Shown in pieces: positions 16,419 through 17,535 of a DNA stretch of 17,535 nucleotides (positions are counted from its first letter, which is position 1; each line of letters opens with the position of its first letter). This stretch comes from Candidatus Latescibacterota bacterium (lineage in GTDB: Bacteria > Latescibacterota > UBA2968 > UBA8231): assembly GCA_965205655.1 (NCBI GenBank), contig CBDBIJ010000021.1, positions 1 to 17,535 of the forward strand, written 5' to 3'. The translations under genes were made by a program, and so were the position numbers. Below the pieces are notes generated by a model. That model saw only the letters and a program-made list of their open reading frames with translations, ran no database searches and was not told the origin of the DNA.

Positions 16419-17535
16419 GTGACAACCTCGGTGAACGAAAACTCGCGACCCTCTGACCTGAAGATCACCGACATGCGTACCGTCCAACTGACGGGTACCC
16501 CCTTCCGGTCCCGTCTGGTACGCCTCGACACGAACCAGGGCATCAGCGGTCATGGAGAGATCAGAGATGGCGCCAGCACGACCTACGCTCTCATGCTGAA
16601 GAGCCGCCTGCTCGGCGAGAACCCCTGCGACGTCGACCGTCTGTTCCGACGTATCAAGCAGTTCGGCCATCACGGCCGTCAGGGCGGCGGTGTGAGCGGC
16701 ATCGAGATGGCGTTGATGGACCTGGCGGGCAGGGCCTATGGCGTGCCGGTCTATCAGCTGCTGGGCGGCAAGTTTCGCGACCGCATTCTCTGCTACTGCG
16801 ACACGCCGAGTGTGGCCGACGGGGCCGAGATGGGCCGCCACCTGCGCCGCCGGATGGACATGGGCTTCAAGTATCTGAAGATGGACGTCGGGTTGGGCAT
16901 TATCGGTGACCAGAGCGACTGCGTCATCGCCCCACCCGGTATGCTCGAGAGCAGAGAGGTCATGCATCCGTTTACCGGAATCCAGCTGACCGAAAAAGGC
17001 ATTGGAGTGATCTGCGAGTATGTGGCGGCTGTGCGTCAGCAGGTCGGCTACGAGGTACCTGTGGCCGTTGATCACTTCGGTCACCTGGGGCTCGAATCCT
17101 GCATCCGTCTGGGCAAGGCCCTCGACCAATTCTCGCTGGCGTGGTACGAAGACATGATTCCCTGGCAATTTATTGACCAGTGGGAACGGCTTGCCGCCGC
17201 CGTCGATACGCCGGTGTGCACGGGAGAGGACATCTATCTGAAGGAGGGATTCGGCGAGCTCTTCGAGCGACGCGCCGTCTCCGTCATTCATCCGGATCTC
17301 GCCACCGCCGGCGGCATCACGGAGACGAAGAAGATCGGCGATCTGGCCCAGGACCACGGCATCGCCATGGCCCTGCACATGGCGATGTCACCGGTGGCGG
17401 CCATGGCCTCCGTGCACTGCGCCGCGGCGACCGAGAACTTCCTCGTCCTCGAGAACCACTCCGTCGATGACCTGGAACGCTGGAGCAGTCTCGTCGAAGG
17501 GTTGCCGCGGCCGCTCGTCCAGGACGGTTACATCG
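16419..17535 (+). CDS. Mandelate racemase/muconate lactonizing enzyme family (enolase superfamily), 3' partial
   Basis: Absent from the ORF track (no stop in window). Manual translation: RPSDLKITDMR...RLDTNQGISGHGE...IEMALMDLAGRAYGVPVYQLLGGKFRDRI...GFKYLKMD...VDH...WYED...TGEDIY...HPDLATAGGITETKKI...ALHM. Start GTG 16419 or 16431. Confidence 0.93.
   Translation, partial: MTTSVNENSRPSDLKITDMRTVQLTGTPFRSRLVRLDTNQGISGHGEIRDGASTTYALMLKSRLLGENPCDVDRLFRRIKQFGHHGRQGGGVSGIEMALMDLAGRAYGVPVYQLLGGKFRDRILCYCDTPSVADGAEMGRHLRRRMDMGFKYLKMDVGLGIIGDQSDCVIAPPGMLESREVMHPFTGIQLTEKGIGVICEYVAAVRQQVGYEVPVAVDHFGHLGLESCIRLGKALDQFSLAWYEDMIPWQFIDQWERLAAAVDTPVCTGEDIYLKEGFGELFERRAVSVIHPDLATAGGITETKKIGDLAQDHGIAMALHMAMSPVAAMASVHCAAATENFLVLENHSVDDLERWSSLVEGLPRPLVQDGYI

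Noticed and set aside
16344..17378. 344-aa minus-strand ORF
   Set aside because: Antisense shadow of the MR/MLE gene; no recognisable motifs; long antisense frames are common in GC-rich coding DNA.

Overview
GC-rich bacterial chromosomal segment with no rRNA, tRNA, CRISPR array or recognisable mobile element. From left to right: (i) the end of a MacAB-type ABC export operon (adaptor + permease) followed by an FG-GAP/ASPIC-UnbV (CRTAC1-like) probable lipoprotein; (ii) a two-gene module in which a SoxR-like MerR regulator (three of the four SoxR cysteines) is followed by a 19-bp-spacer promoter with a dyad operator, driving a Cys-rich soluble+membrane protein interrupted by a 1-nt insertion; (iii) a Gfo/Idh/MocA oxidoreductase; (iv) a long minus-strand run: BNR/Asp-box protein, amidohydrolase, a Zn-ribbon membrane protein (177-bp tandem duplication plus frameshift) coupled to a Zn-ribbon site-2 protease, PhyH dioxygenase, mmsB, two paralogous beta-propeller GH-like proteins, a possible 21-aa ORF and an SDR; (v) a divergent, 3'-truncated mandelate racemase/muconate lactonizing enzyme family gene missing from the ORF track. 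The gene mix (CRTAC1, PhyH, BNR, Gfo/Idh/MocA, MR/MLE) resembles Latescibacteria/Poribacteria-type heterotrophs; this is an inference only. All calls come from reading motifs by eye; no searches were run.
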